Below the pieces are notes generated by a model that was given only the letters and a program-made list of their open reading frames with translations, made no database searches and was not told where the DNA came from. From Amphiscolops sp. MND2022 (taxonomy: Eukaryota), in contig OZ076409.1 in the NCBI GenBank assembly GCA_964187785.1, positions 26,164,001 through 26,228,000 of the forward strand: a DNA stretch of 64,000 bases, written 5' to 3'. The position numbers and the translations under genes are program-made. Shown piece by piece: positions 37,601-47,032 of this stretch. The first letter of the stretch is position 1; every line of letters starts with the position of its first letter.

Positions 37601-39168
37601 GAAGAGTGTTTTGTCGCAAAGAAAAAAGTTTCAAAGTATCATTTTAAAGAAAACAATCAATTTTTTGAAAATCTCAATGAACAATGAAGTAGTTGATTTT
37701 AGGAGCCATATTGGAGGAAAGCTTGAAATCAATTGGAAGAGATGAATTGAACCCGATGTGGAAAAAGCCAGTCTTCAGATCTCCAAATTTTGACGCTTCT
37801 GTGAGTAATTTTTCAAAGTTCGATCGTAAAAGCTACGTAGTTTTTTAGGAGTCAGAAAAAAATTTTGACTACTTATGCGCTCGTACTTTTATATAAATAT
37901 ACTTCGTATACTTTGTATTTTTATATAAATTAGCACAGTCATTATACACCCAAAAGTTCCCCTGACATAAATATCGTATAACTGTGATCTGAGAAATTTG
38001 GCCGAAATCAGTGCAAAAAATGACCAAAAAAACAGCCATTTTTGGACTTTTTTCTATTTTCTCAAAAACTCCATACGATTCGAACGAATTTTTTCACAAT
38101 CATTCTACACGATATCAGGGTCCTATGTGTGCAATGAGATCAAAATCGTATGAGTGGGATTCGAGCGAGTCAGAAGGAAAAAGACCTAAGCCGACTCCCT
38201 TTACCGCACATGCGGCTCTGGTTATCCTGTGAATTTTTCTAGCCCTCCGATGATTTCCATGGACACGTTGGAGACGACAGGCACTCAAACGGCTCGGCAG
38301 CATCGCCTGGGTACAGAAACGAAGAAGATGACAAAGTTGTGGTGAGGAAGTTGACTAGAATAATCAGAGTGGACCCTGATGGATCCCGACACGAGTACTT
38401 GAGAGAAGTGGACCCTCAGAGCTCCGAAGAAGCGGAAAGTAGAGCGACTGAAAAACTCATAGAACAGGCTATTTCTGAGTCGCCATACGCATCGGCATTC
38501 AAAGGCTCTTCTTTGGACGATCGGTCATCCATCGATAGGAACAGCGTTGAAACAAAAACTCGCAGGTTTGTCAAAATTCTGTTTTTACTTAGTTCTATAG
38601 TCTCTATGTTCGAATTTCCATTGACGTTAGAAAATAATGAGCCAAATCCTTGCAATTCATGTGAACTTCCATTTTTGTAGATGTCAAGTTTCCCCTGCAT
38701 AGATTACTTTTTTCAAAGCGGATATTTTGTCCTATCATAATTTTATCAGAGTGGACTCCAATAAAATGACTTGTTTAAGACCCTTATGTATCTTAAGTGT
38801 TACTGAGAGGACAAACCCTTGAGCATCGGTATTTTAGTTAGTTTAAGTGTTAGTAGTGTATTATTTTTATCAGAGCTGTAGTTACTAAGGAAGTAACGAA
38901 GAAGACAGTGGTAGTAAACGGGAGAGAAGAAACAGTGATTGAAACCAGTCAAGAGGTGCAGCCTCAGCCCATGCGTCGTACCTCCCAGTCTTCCTCTGGC
39001 AGATCTAAAAGACCCTCTTCCAGAGGCGCTGACCTCCTCGTTAACGGCAACTCTTCTGCCGTGAACAGTCTCGAAAGTGACCCCTACTCCAAAGAGGAAG
39101 AGGCTGAGTTGCAGAACACATTGCATAACTACTTGCAGAAACATCCCTCCCCTTACGGAGTACAGTAG
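10369..39168 (+). CDS. Ank: Canonical ankyrin (ANK1/2/3, unc-44 family): 24 ANK repeats, ZU5-ZU5-UPA, death domain, C-terminal tail; multi-exon
   Basis: Exon translations are colinear with the remembered human ankyrin sequence across all 24 repeats (e.g. [53 protein letters not shown]), ZU5 ([13 protein letters not shown]), [30 protein letters not shown] and the DD. Splice phases agree at every junction except 20084/21061. With a 5-nt microexon there, the CDS from 10453 sums to 5,877 nt (5,961 from ATG 10369). Confidence 0.95.
14660..14977. mobile_element. MITE, GG...CC ends, 8-bp TSD, arms of tandem TTACGCCCAA-like units
   Basis: GGTTCTAGGACATTACGCCC versus GGTGTCCGGACATTACGCCC (reverse complement of right end). 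CCCATTTC at 14652-14659 and 14978-14985. Confidence 0.85.
15351..15551 (+). CDS. Ank: Ankyrin exon B (ANK3-4)
   Basis: tttcag|AAA GGA AAC ACA ([10 protein letters not shown]); donor GAT|GTGAGT; phase 0-0. Confidence 0.93.
16174..16936 (+). CDS. Ank: Ankyrin exon C (ANK5-11)
   Basis: tttcag|GAC GGT TTC ([12 protein letters not shown]) through LHISAHC; donor G|GTTAGA; phase 0-1. Confidence 0.93.
17037..17329. mobile_element. Older copy related to the 14660-14977 MITE
   Basis: Ends GGTTATAGG ... CAGACACC. Right half resembles 14820-14977. Degenerate TSD GTATTTGG/GTATTCGC (6 of 8 match). Confidence 0.5.
17543..17875 (+). CDS. Ank: Ankyrin exon D (ANK11-14)
   Basis: aaaccag|GT AAT; [14 protein letters not shown] and [11 protein letters not shown]; donor G|GTTAGT; phase 1-1. 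Confidence 0.93.
18950..19182 (+). CDS. Ank: Ankyrin exon E (ANK15-16)
   Basis: cttttag|GA AGT; [19 protein letters not shown]; donor ACT|GTTAGT; phase 1-0. Confidence 0.9.
19875..20084 (+). CDS. Ank: Ankyrin exon F (ANK17-18)
   Basis: tttgcag|AGA GGT; [12 protein letters not shown]; donor GCT|GTGAGT; phase 0-0. Confidence 0.92.
20279..20283 (+). CDS. Ank: Inferred 5-nt microexon AGCGG
   Basis: Preceded by ttttttttcctttccacactggtctgttttgttag and followed by GTTTCT. Converts phase 0 to phase 2 and supplies Ser-Gly at the position of the conserved Asn-Gly of ANK19. Confidence 0.4.
21061..21253 (+). CDS. Ank: Ankyrin exon G (ANK19-20)
   Basis: tttgttttag|A ATC TCG GCA TTA CAC ATG ([12 protein letters not shown]), phase-2 start; donor CCT|GTGAGT. 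Confidence 0.85.
21620..22048 (+). CDS. Ank: Ankyrin exon H (ANK21-24)
   Basis: tttgcag|CTG GGT; [10 protein letters not shown] ... [25 protein letters not shown]; donor TCT|GTTAGT; phase 0-0. Confidence 0.93.
22203..22514 (+). CDS. Ank: Ankyrin exon I (linker after the repeats)
   Basis: gtgttcag|GAA ATC; RAPESIQD resembles the ankyrin linker VPETMTE. The most plausible phase-0 donor is non-canonical, CAG|GCATGA at 22515. Confidence 0.75.
23145..23314. other. GC-rich intronic island folding into a long nested hairpin, identity unknown
   Basis: 23163-23182 pairs with 23251-23270 (17/20); AACCATG 23189-95 with CATGGTT 23236-42; GAAGT 23208-12 with ACTTC 23228-32; GCCTT 23145 with AAGGC ending 23314. 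Confidence 0.5.
24068..24746 (+). CDS. Ank: Ankyrin exon J (ZU5-N)
   Basis: gaacag|TAT is the only phase-0 AG after the in-frame TGA at 24053. [13 protein letters not shown]...[18 protein letters not shown]...[10 protein letters not shown]; donor G|GTTAGT, phase 1. Confidence 0.88.
25872..26048. mobile_element. hAT-type MITE (177 bp)
   Basis: TIR CAGGGGCGGTT / CAGTGGCGGTT; perfect 8-bp TSD ATGTGAAA at 25864-25871 and 26049-26056. Confidence 0.88.
26119..26392 (+). CDS. Ank: Ankyrin exon K (ZU5-C, first part)
   Basis: tttttag|GC GAT; [10 protein letters not shown]...GGILSSS...VQLSFPE; donor GG|GTAAGT; phase 1-2. Confidence 0.92.
26868..29190 (-). mobile_element. piggyBac element (2,323 bp), internally deleted, antisense in an ankyrin intron
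   Basis: Perfect 15-bp TIR CCTTAACTTGGCCAA (26868-82 and 29176-90). TTAA TSD at 26864-67 and 29191-94. Transposase ORFs inside. Confidence 0.95.
27097..28754 (-). pseudogene. piggyBac (DDE_Tnp_1_7-type) transposase with N-terminal Tudor-like domain, split by an internal deletion and frameshift near 28035
   Basis: ORF 27960-28754: Tudor-like N-terminus, acidic stretch, LYARQ...MYW. ORF 27097-28089: [38 protein letters not shown] and the C-terminal Cys-rich domain. The segment carrying the first catalytic Asp is missing. Confidence 0.9.
30385..30602 (+). CDS. Ank: Ankyrin exon L (ZU5-C)
   Basis: catag|G TAT; [14 protein letters not shown]...IRLLRSVT; donor G|GTAATC; phase 2-1. Confidence 0.92.
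30833..31731. mobile_element. hAT-type non-autonomous element (899 bp) with a nested family-B element
   Basis: Ends CAAGGCTGG / CCAGCCCTG; perfect 8-bp TSD GTAATGAT at 30825-30832 and 31732-31739. Confidence 0.8.
31172..31681 (-). mobile_element. Helentron/DINE-1-like non-autonomous element, family B
   Basis: AAGCGCCGACTAAAAA at the right end; AAACAAGACGGGAACG..AAGTCGGTGC at the left end. Reverse-orientation relative of 42072-42484. Confidence 0.55.
35717..35820. repeat. Two-copy tandem repeat of about 53 bp
   Basis: GAATTC..TATATGCGAAGATTTGA.TATCT...ATTCGAAAA....ATGAGT starts at 35717 and again at 35770. Confidence 0.8.
35899..36251 (+). CDS. Ank: Ankyrin exon M (end of ZU5-C, start of UPA)
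   Basis: gtttcag|AC ACC; [33 protein letters not shown]; donor GAG|GTGGGT; phase 1-0. Confidence 0.93.
36647..37385 (+). CDS. Ank: Ankyrin exon N (UPA plus most of the death domain)
   Basis: tttctag|ATA TTC GAG GGA; WAFKENRV; [21 protein letters not shown]; donor G|GTTAAT; phase 0-1. Confidence 0.92.
37703..37800 (+). CDS. Ank: Ankyrin exon O (end of death domain); not in the ORF track
   Basis: gattttag|GA GCC ATA TTG GAG... translates as [33 protein letters not shown]; donor TCT|GTGAGT; phase 1-0. Confidence 0.85.
37841..38223 (+). mobile_element. Family A element filling most of the intron between exons O and P
   Basis: TTTTTTAGGAGTCAG ... CCGACTCCC-TTTA-CCGCACATGCGG-CTCTGGTT; 383 of the 442 intron bases. 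Confidence 0.6.
38243..38565 (+). CDS. Ank: Ankyrin exon P (C-terminal tail)
   Basis: tttttctag|CCC TCC GAT, in frame with ORF 38339; donor AG|GTTTGT; phase 0-2. Confidence 0.8.
38874..39168 (+). CDS. Ank: Ankyrin terminal exon Q, stop TAG at 39166-39168
   Basis: tttttatcag|A GCT GTA, phase 2 matching exon P, in frame with ORF 38908-39168. Confidence 0.8.
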
Positions 39169-40768
39169 AGAGAAAGAAAACAGGGACAAGGCCTAGGAAG
39201 GATGATTCTTAACAAGAACAGATGAAGATTAATGAACTATGAACTAAACTGAACTCCTTGTCATTCATTCCTTGCATCAATTCTCTGCAACCAAGTAACG
39301 GACAGATTAACAAGACGGAACAAGTGCAATGAGGTCCTCCCCTACTCGAAGAAGAAGCTGCTGCTGCTGCACAACTAAATTCGCAATATAACAGAGTTAA
39401 CAAATTAGATGTCAAATACTAATTAATCAGATCGCAACCTTTCATCTATTCATTTCCTCTTTCCCGCCCACTTTTGGCGCAATTGTAAAGTTGATGCATT
39501 TGTTTTTATAACAACGTTTATCTTCCATATCTTCTTACCTTCTCATTCTTTTCTTTCATGACGTCCGCAAATGCTTTTGCACGTCTTGTAATCAAGTTTA
39601 AATTAATTTTCAATTCTCATTTTCATTTCATGGTCGTTTCTCTGCTAAAACTTTTTTTATATTTTTCGGTTGAAGGAGATCGCCGCCCTGCTCTGTAAAG
39701 GTAACCTCGGTATGAAATATTTCGATGTTGCAAATTGTAATTATTTATATTTTTAAAATTATTTGTATTGTCAATTTTTCACTGTTTTACCAATTGCAAT
39801 TTAAATGTAGATGTTAGTTTTGCTCGCTGTTCCTTCCTTTCGTTCGACTACTCAGTTTATCCTTATTGTAGAAGTAATCACTCATCCGTAACAACCATCT
39901 ATTAATGTGTCACACAGATCGCCCCTCTTCCTCTCCCTGCAGTTTCCCTTACCATGCTCTTTGTCCCTCCCCTCAACTCACCCCCCCCCCCCCCTTGATC
40001 CATTTGACCCCTGACCGACCTTTGTTCTAGAGTGATAAACATGGTTAGAAGCCTCGCCCTGGTGGTATCTCGATGTTACTTTTGTTCATTAATTTGTAGA
40101 TTATTATATTGATTATAAATGTCAACAAATAGATATAAATCGCGAATGTTAAATTCACTGTTTAACCTGAGATTCAGACTTTGTATCATTATTTCAAATA
40201 GATTCTTTATAGAAAAATTTTTCGGATTCTTAGTAGATACTCTCTGAGTGAGTGAGTACCCGCCATTTTGATGAAATTAATGTTGGTGAAAATGCATTGG
40301 CCTTTGATCAAATTATGCGAGACTCGCCACGTCTTGGAGACGCACATTGCTGCCAAATATAAATGCAGTCGATAGTTTTTGAAAATTATTGTAAGATAAG
40401 AGGGTCCAAAATCAAAACTATTTTCAAAAACTATTGCAAAATTAATCAACTTTTAATGTCGACAACTGATTGTTGTCCGAAAATTCTTAGATGAACATAC
40501 AAATGCCTGAAGCATTTTACTTCTGATTTCGCTTTTAATTTGGTTAGGTTCAAATTTCAACACCTTTGAGGGCTAACTTTTTTTAAGTTTTTAAATTGTT
40601 CAGATGCTTTTTCAACAGAAGTGTCCACTAAGATAACTTTCATTGGGAAGATTTTGGAAAGAAACGCTCTTGAAGAGGACATTTAAGAGAAAAAACGAGT
40701 GCAATTTTTTAAGATAGGGGCATTAGATTCAAATCTGAGAAAACCCAAATTTAAATTTTGTCTACGAA

Positions 40769-41585
40769 TTTTTAGGAGTCGGAAAAAATTTTCGACTACT
40801 TATGCAATCGTGTTGTTTTTTTTTTCTCCCGACCTTTTCATGAAAATTTCAAATTTCTCAAAAACTGTCCATACGATTTTCACGAAATTTTGCACAGTCA
40901 TTCTACACCCAAAGGGGCCCCCGCGTGTGCAAAGGCATCAAAATCGTATGGCTGGGATGTGAGAAACATAGCCAAAATTAGCCCAAAAATGGCCAAAAAA
41001 CAGCCATTTTTCGAGTTTTTTCGATTTTCTCAAAAACTGTCCATACGATTCGAACGAAATTTTCTACAGTTATTCTACACCATATTAGAGTCCTATATGT
41101 GCAATGGCATCAAAATCGTATGGCTGGGATGTGAGAAACATAGCCAAAATTAGCCCAAAAATGGCCAAAAAACAGCCATTTTTCGACTTTTTTCGATTTT
41201 CTCAAAAACTGTCCATACGATTCGAACGAAATTCTCTACAGATATTCTACACCATATTAGAGTCCTATATGTGCAATGGCATCAAAATCGTATGGCTGGG
41301 ATGTGAGAAACATAGCCAAAATTAGCCCAAAAATGGCCAAAAAACAGCCATTTTTCGACTTTTTTCGATTTTCTCAAAAACTGTCCATACGATTCGAACG
41401 AAATTTTCTACAAATATTCTACACCATATTAGAGTCGTATATGTGCAATGGCATCAAAATCGTATGGCTGGGATGTGAGAAACATAGCCAAAATTAGCCC
41501 AAAAATGGTCAAAAAAGGGCCATTTTTCGACTTCAGAAAAAAATACCTAAGCCGACTCCTTTACCGCACATGCGGCTCTGGTTTT
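40769..41585 (+). mobile_element. Family A element with an internal 172-bp tandem array
   Basis: TTTTTAGGAGTCGG ... CCGACTCC-TTTA-CCGCACATGCGG-CTCTGGTTTT. Confidence 0.65.
40860..41532. repeat. Tandem array, period 172 bp, about 3.9 copies
   Basis: CATACGATT recurs at 40870, 41042, 41214 and 41386. Track ORFs at 41104 and 41276 are near-identical and 172 bp apart. Confidence 0.95.
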
Positions 41586-42071
41586 GTAAACAAACATTAT
41601 TTCCATTAGTGAATGGAGTAGTTTCTGTCAATAAAATGTCTGTGAGAGACCTAAATTTGCAAAAGCTTGGTCCTAGATCAGAAATCAGTAGAAAATACAA
41701 GTAGTCAAAAGTGGTATCAAGCTACAAAATTGTTTGCTAAAATGATTCTAAAGTGTCAACAAATATGATTTTTAATGGAGCATTTTTTGATTACCACGAA
41801 AATAACTCTGGTTTTTATTTTCAGTCCAAATAATTTACAAACAGGGGTCCAATTTATTTATTACAGTATGGTTCTTCAGTTACGAGCAAGAATGGGCGTG
41901 AAGCGTGGATGAATTTGTAAGTTGTTCAAGACTATGAAGCCCGACAGTTGTCAAATTACGTTTAATGGAAGACACTTTTTAACAAAACTTCCATAAAACC
42001 ACTGATTGAGGACAACTAACCAACGGATTTTGAAATAAAGCAAAATCAACTATAACTGACTAGTAGTTACA

Positions 42072-42484
42072 TTTTTAGTCGGCGCTTTTCGTATAAAACG
42101 CATACTATAGCAGTGACTTTTCTTTTTTGAAGACCAACGAAGTGACAGATTTTATAAACTTTAATTGAGTCTCGCCCTTGACCAAAAGTCTTTTTGTGCA
42201 TGTTATTTCGGCTTCGTGAGACTTTTGTTTCGCAAATTTTTTAAATGTCTCCACAGTCTCCCCCCTCAATTTTTTATATTTTGCAACAGAATGGATGTTC
42301 AAAAAAATCCCAAAGGGTCCCCTTTTACATTTTTCTGCACTATGCTACTTACCGGAGACTTCAAAAAAAATCGGAAAAAAATTTTCCCCATTCGGTTACT
42401 GTAGAAGAGAATACTTGACACTGAAGTCCTTTTGTTATTTTTGAGCCTTAGATATGGCGCCGACTTGGCCGTTCCCGGCTTGTT
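42072..42484 (+). mobile_element. Family B element (full length)
   Basis: TTTTTAGTCGGCGC ... GCGCCGACTT-G-GCCG-TTCC-CGGC-TTGTT. Further ends or fragments near 14365, 26839, 29969, 33771, 44095 and 45335. Confidence 0.6.
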
Positions 42485-42984
42485 CACTTTTCTGGGATCT
42501 CTTGTTTCTTAATTGAAAAAGCGTTTTTTGAAAGCTTGAAATGCTACCTTTTGATTGCGCACGGATTTTGCTGATTTTTGCACTCTAAGCATATTTAAAA
42601 GACTCAGCGTGTTTTGAGCTGCAAGCGAGGCGCCGACTTAAGATGGCCTGTCTTTTTCTTTTCTATAGAGATACTTTACAGGCTTTCCTCCTAGATCCAA
42701 GGAGTAGCCAAAGGTAAAAAGAGTACTCTTTTAGTGTTACATTCATAGTGGAATTAGGAAGCTGTATGAGTCCGAAGCCCCCTTTTAGTTTCTTCAGCAC
42801 TGTGTGTTTTATTAAGATATTTGCAGCTGGCAGGTGCCCTATTTAAGGTTTCCGTCTTGTTCCCGCTCATTTCAACTCGATGAGGCGTTGCAAAATGTAT
42901 TACCAACATTCTATTTGCAACTTTAAGTTCTCTAAGAAACCTCACAGCGTTTCTACTGCGAGAAGGTATTGTCACTGTGGAAAT

Positions 42985-45900
42985 AATTCGTTTCACCCCT
43001 AAGTTTTGGCTGAAAAACACTGCCTAATATGTTTATTTGGCGCGAATCCCCACAAGCCAGGTAGATTCCAAAACATTCAAGTTCACTACATCAATTGTTC
43101 TCATTGTTTTTGAGGAACCTAGGAAAACTCGTCGAAAAGCAACTCGCCAAAAATTCTGCGGCCGAAAACTCGTCGCAAGCAGATAAATTCAACACAGTCA
43201 AATATGGTGTTATTTTTGTGATCCTATTGTAATACCAACACAATTATCACATGATAAACTACAAAAGTAAGAAATTTCGAACAGTTATACACCCAAAAAA
43301 GCTATATTATGAGTAAAAGTGAAAATTTCATGCGCCAAACTCCAGCAAACAAAGTTCAATGTTTTCGTAACTCACGAACCAGTCTCATTACTTGCTGTAG
43401 TAGCACCCAATTAGTGACATTTTGCCTGATAGTAGCATTGTCCTAGTAGATGTCCTAGAAGCGAATTGCTTAGTAGCAAGTGTCCGGACACTTATCCCAC
43501 TGCTTCATACGGAATTGGAGAGATCGGCTTCCAGTAAATCCCCACAAAAATGAAGTATCACATAATCAACTCCGCGCTGGAACAACCGAGAAAAAAATCA
43601 ATTGGCAACTGCTTGTCAACAAAAAAAAACAAACAAACGCGATTCATGAAATCTGATTGCTTGAAACATATCCAATGGAGATATTCTCAACGATTTCGAA
43701 AACAAGACGCCCGCTGAGCACCGGGATACTTTCCGTTCCGGATAATTTTAGCTACAGCGTTTTTAGGCTTTCAGATTTTTAAAGTTTACACAAAAAGCTC
43801 ACAAAATTGATTTGTTTACCAGTTTACAGCTCATCTTAGGCTCTCAATGAGAAATTCAAACGTCTCCTGAAAACTATCCTTTGAAAATAATTGTTTGCAC
43901 ACTGAGTTCACAAAGAAAAACAAAATTCTCCTAATGTAGCAATAAGTTAGCTTTTGGGCAATTTTGTCGTTCAGTTCTGTGAAGAAAACTCCATTTTCTT
44001 GATATAAAAATGAGATACGGAAAAAATAGGAAAATATGCTGCTTCTTCTTTTCTCATAAATAAAATATGTGCTGTAACTGAAAAATTTGAGGCTAACAAA
44101 ACGCGAACGTGTCAAGTCGGCACTATATTTAAGGCTCAAAAAGCGCAAAGTATTAAAAAAATATGCTCAGAACGTTTTTAGGAAAAACTCACAAAGTGCT
44201 CCGAAACACCCAAAGGGTGCCTTTCCTGCTCGAAAACGGCTTCAGAAGTTCTGATATAGCGTGCTGGGCCACATGGAAGCGCTTTTTTTAACATCGGCCT
44301 CCTCTCTTCTGACATTCAATTTACTTCGGATTAAACGTCATAGTTTGGAAGGTATTGAAAAAAAACATCCAGGAGGATATGTTTTGAGGAAATCTAATTT
44401 CAGACGGAAATTAGGAATTTTTAAGCAGTCTCTTAGTGCCGAAACAAAAACAAAAGAGAGTGCCCCAGGCAGCCGCCTGTGATGGGAAAATAAATTCAGT
44501 TTTGATTACAAATCAGTGAGCTCTACCAGGAACCATCGTGCTAATTTACAATAACAAAGTTTGAACAGTAGTTTTGTTCTCTTTTTCTCCGCTGTTGTTT
44601 AGTTTCTTATTTTCGGCCGTCGCAAATTTATTTGTGTATGGGGGAGGAAAATCATAATCTGTGTTGCATTTTTTTCTTCCAAATTTTTCCCAAATCTCCA
44701 CTTTTCCTCTTTCGATTCAATATCCTGGTGCTTAGAAAAAGAGCTAACATTTGTCCCAGCACGCTTTATTCCAACTTTTTACGCTACATACGAAGAAAAT
44801 TATGTGTTTTACTAAGGAGCAAGCGTAGGTTCGAAAATATTGCGCTATCCGAATTTCGACGTTATATCCGAAATAAATTGCGTTCTACCGAGAAGGATGT
44901 AATTTTTCAATTGAGCGTCTATTGTTAGTCAATTGAAGGCGGAAATTATCCCGGTGCATAACGGGCGTGTTGTATTTCATAGACTGTAAACGTTTGCATG
45001 TAGTTTACCGGGAATTTTTTGGCACCAACAGAAGTACTAACAAGCAGGAAGGAAATGCGTTTGAATGCTTGCCTGTCCAGTACAGTTAACGTGATCTACT
45101 AGGAACTAATCGAGTACGGCCATACGTCTTAGCGGCAATTTAATTTTCATAAAGACAAAAAGATTCCCCTTTTACATTTTACGGCACTGAGCAACTGTTC
45201 AAAAATCTAATTTTTAAAAAATTTTCGAAAACCTCCAAAGGGTCCGCCCTTCAATTTTTGTCATATTTTGCAACCAACTGGAGTTTCAAAAAGCCCAAAG
45301 GGTCCCCCCTTTTACAAATTTGAACCTTACATATAGCGCCGACTTTGACCGTTCCCGGGTTGCTGTAGGTGGTCATTTCATTCTTAGAATTGGACTGAAG
45401 GTACACTAATTGAAGATATTGTTAGTTAATTATACTTCTCCCAATTATGTAAATCAAACGTTACCTATTTGCAAAGCCAAACGTTACTTCCGTTAAAATA
45501 AAGCAGTAAACAACTGAATATTCCTTCCCGAACAAGTCGTTCACCTGCCGACAACTAGAGAACAAAAAGTCCGAAAGAGACGCTCTGGGAAATGGATAAT
45601 TGTCTGACTATGAGAACCTGGGAATCATGCTCGACGAAAATAATTCAAACTCTAGAGAGAGAGAACTGAAAACGCAATACGCAATTCTACAAGTCAAGGT
45701 GACACTGAGGCCATACCTAGGCATAGAAAACGAGAGAGATGCATTGGCAGTGAAGACAAAAGTTCATGATCTTCTAGACTCTTAGAGTCCATGGGAATAT
45801 TGTCTGGGGAAATGAACTCAAGATTTTCCCGAAAGATGGACTCACTAATGAGTGTGATACAGTCGCAAATAATTAGAGCAATCAGTTTTGCAATCAATGA

Positions 45901-47032
45901 CAGTGTCATCCAGAGATAAAAACATAGTAGGGATTTTGCCTTTGAGAGAGAGAGAGAGAGAGAAAGATAGACAGAGCGTAACCTAACTTTGTGCTTTTTT
46001 ATCATCCAGTTGGGTTCACAAAATCAAAACAACTGAAAAAGGGATCAAAAAAATTTGGTGGAAAATCTCCCTCAATGTCGGAATAAACAGTAAAATCAAA
46101 CCTTCTGAGTTGTCCAGTAACAAAAAGCTTTCAAAATTATGGTGCCCAAAAGTGTCACAATTTCGAAGCATCCGAGATTGCTTTATATTAAGATAGGAAG
46201 GCCTTGAGAAATCTGTGAAAAGTGGTCTTTTCAGGGTGAGGTTGGTGATCTGAACAAAAAAGGTCACTGTAAGATTCGGGCATGTTTTGCTTCACAAAAA
46301 GAACCGACTAAAAGTCATCTTTGAAAAGTGGAAATTAACCGTAAAATCGACTCGATTTATGTGATTGGTAAATCTTGACTTCTTCCAAAATTTCAATGCG
46401 TTGAATTTGAAGCACGATTGAAATTGTGATTGTAGACGCTATATAACTATCCCTAAGCGGATTATACGATGCAAAGGAGCCGAAGACACGGTTTCCGGTG
46501 CCGATCAGCAACGTTACTAATGTTAGAGTTCTTATCCTTAGCTATTCGGAGTTTAGAAAACTTTGTTTGAACTCAAAACTGTTTTCAGACGGAGCGTGAC
46601 AAGACGGTATTTGAGGCTGTATATTCTCACCTGCAGATTTCCCTTGACATGTTTCACAGTCAATTTTTGAGCTAATTTTTGTGAATAATTCAGTTTTTGT
46701 GTTTTTAGAGGTTTTAGTAGAGGATTGAAACCCATGGAGGTACAACAATTGTGAACACGGTATAGAAGAACGGTTATAGCAACTAACCACAGCATCATAT
46801 CATCAAATCATTGCAAAAGACGACGCAAATACTCTGAGTCAAAACCAAGCTTGAAAGAGTGGGAAAAAGAGAAAAGAGTGCAAAAACAATCACAAAAAAG
46901 TGAACATTAAGACAGAAAATTGAGTAATGTTGCTTGGATGTTTTGAACACTACATTACTTGAGATATTATCATTCGTTTCATGAATTAGAAGTACAAGTT
47001 TTTAAGCAATCTGGTGAATGTAGATTCTTCAA
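42985..47032. repeat. Direct tandem duplication, copy 1 (about 4.05 kb)
   Basis: Sequence and ORF track repeat at an offset of 4048, then 4047, then 4054 after small indels. Confidence 0.97.
45944..45963. repeat. (GA)n microsatellite, 4 bp longer in the duplicate (about 49994-50017)
   Basis: Direct reading of the sequence. Confidence 0.9.

Noticed and set aside
10309-39189. Antisense and alternative-frame ORFs overlapping ankyrin, piggyBac, gypsy and BEL coding regions
   Set aside because: Shadow ORFs explained by the true coding frame.
40699-41497. Short ORFs 40699, 40890, 41104, 41276 (and 38011) as a gene family
   Set aside because: They are chance translations of the family A repeat unit.
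40860-41532. CRISPR-like array
   Set aside because: Contiguous 172-bp monomers without unique spacers, no cas genes, eukaryotic context.
45540-45790. Possible retroelement gag N-terminal relic (MSDYENLGIMLDENNSNSREREL), also at about 49590-49840
   Set aside because: Only a vague remembered resemblance, with no LTR, PBS or downstream domains; needs tBLASTx.
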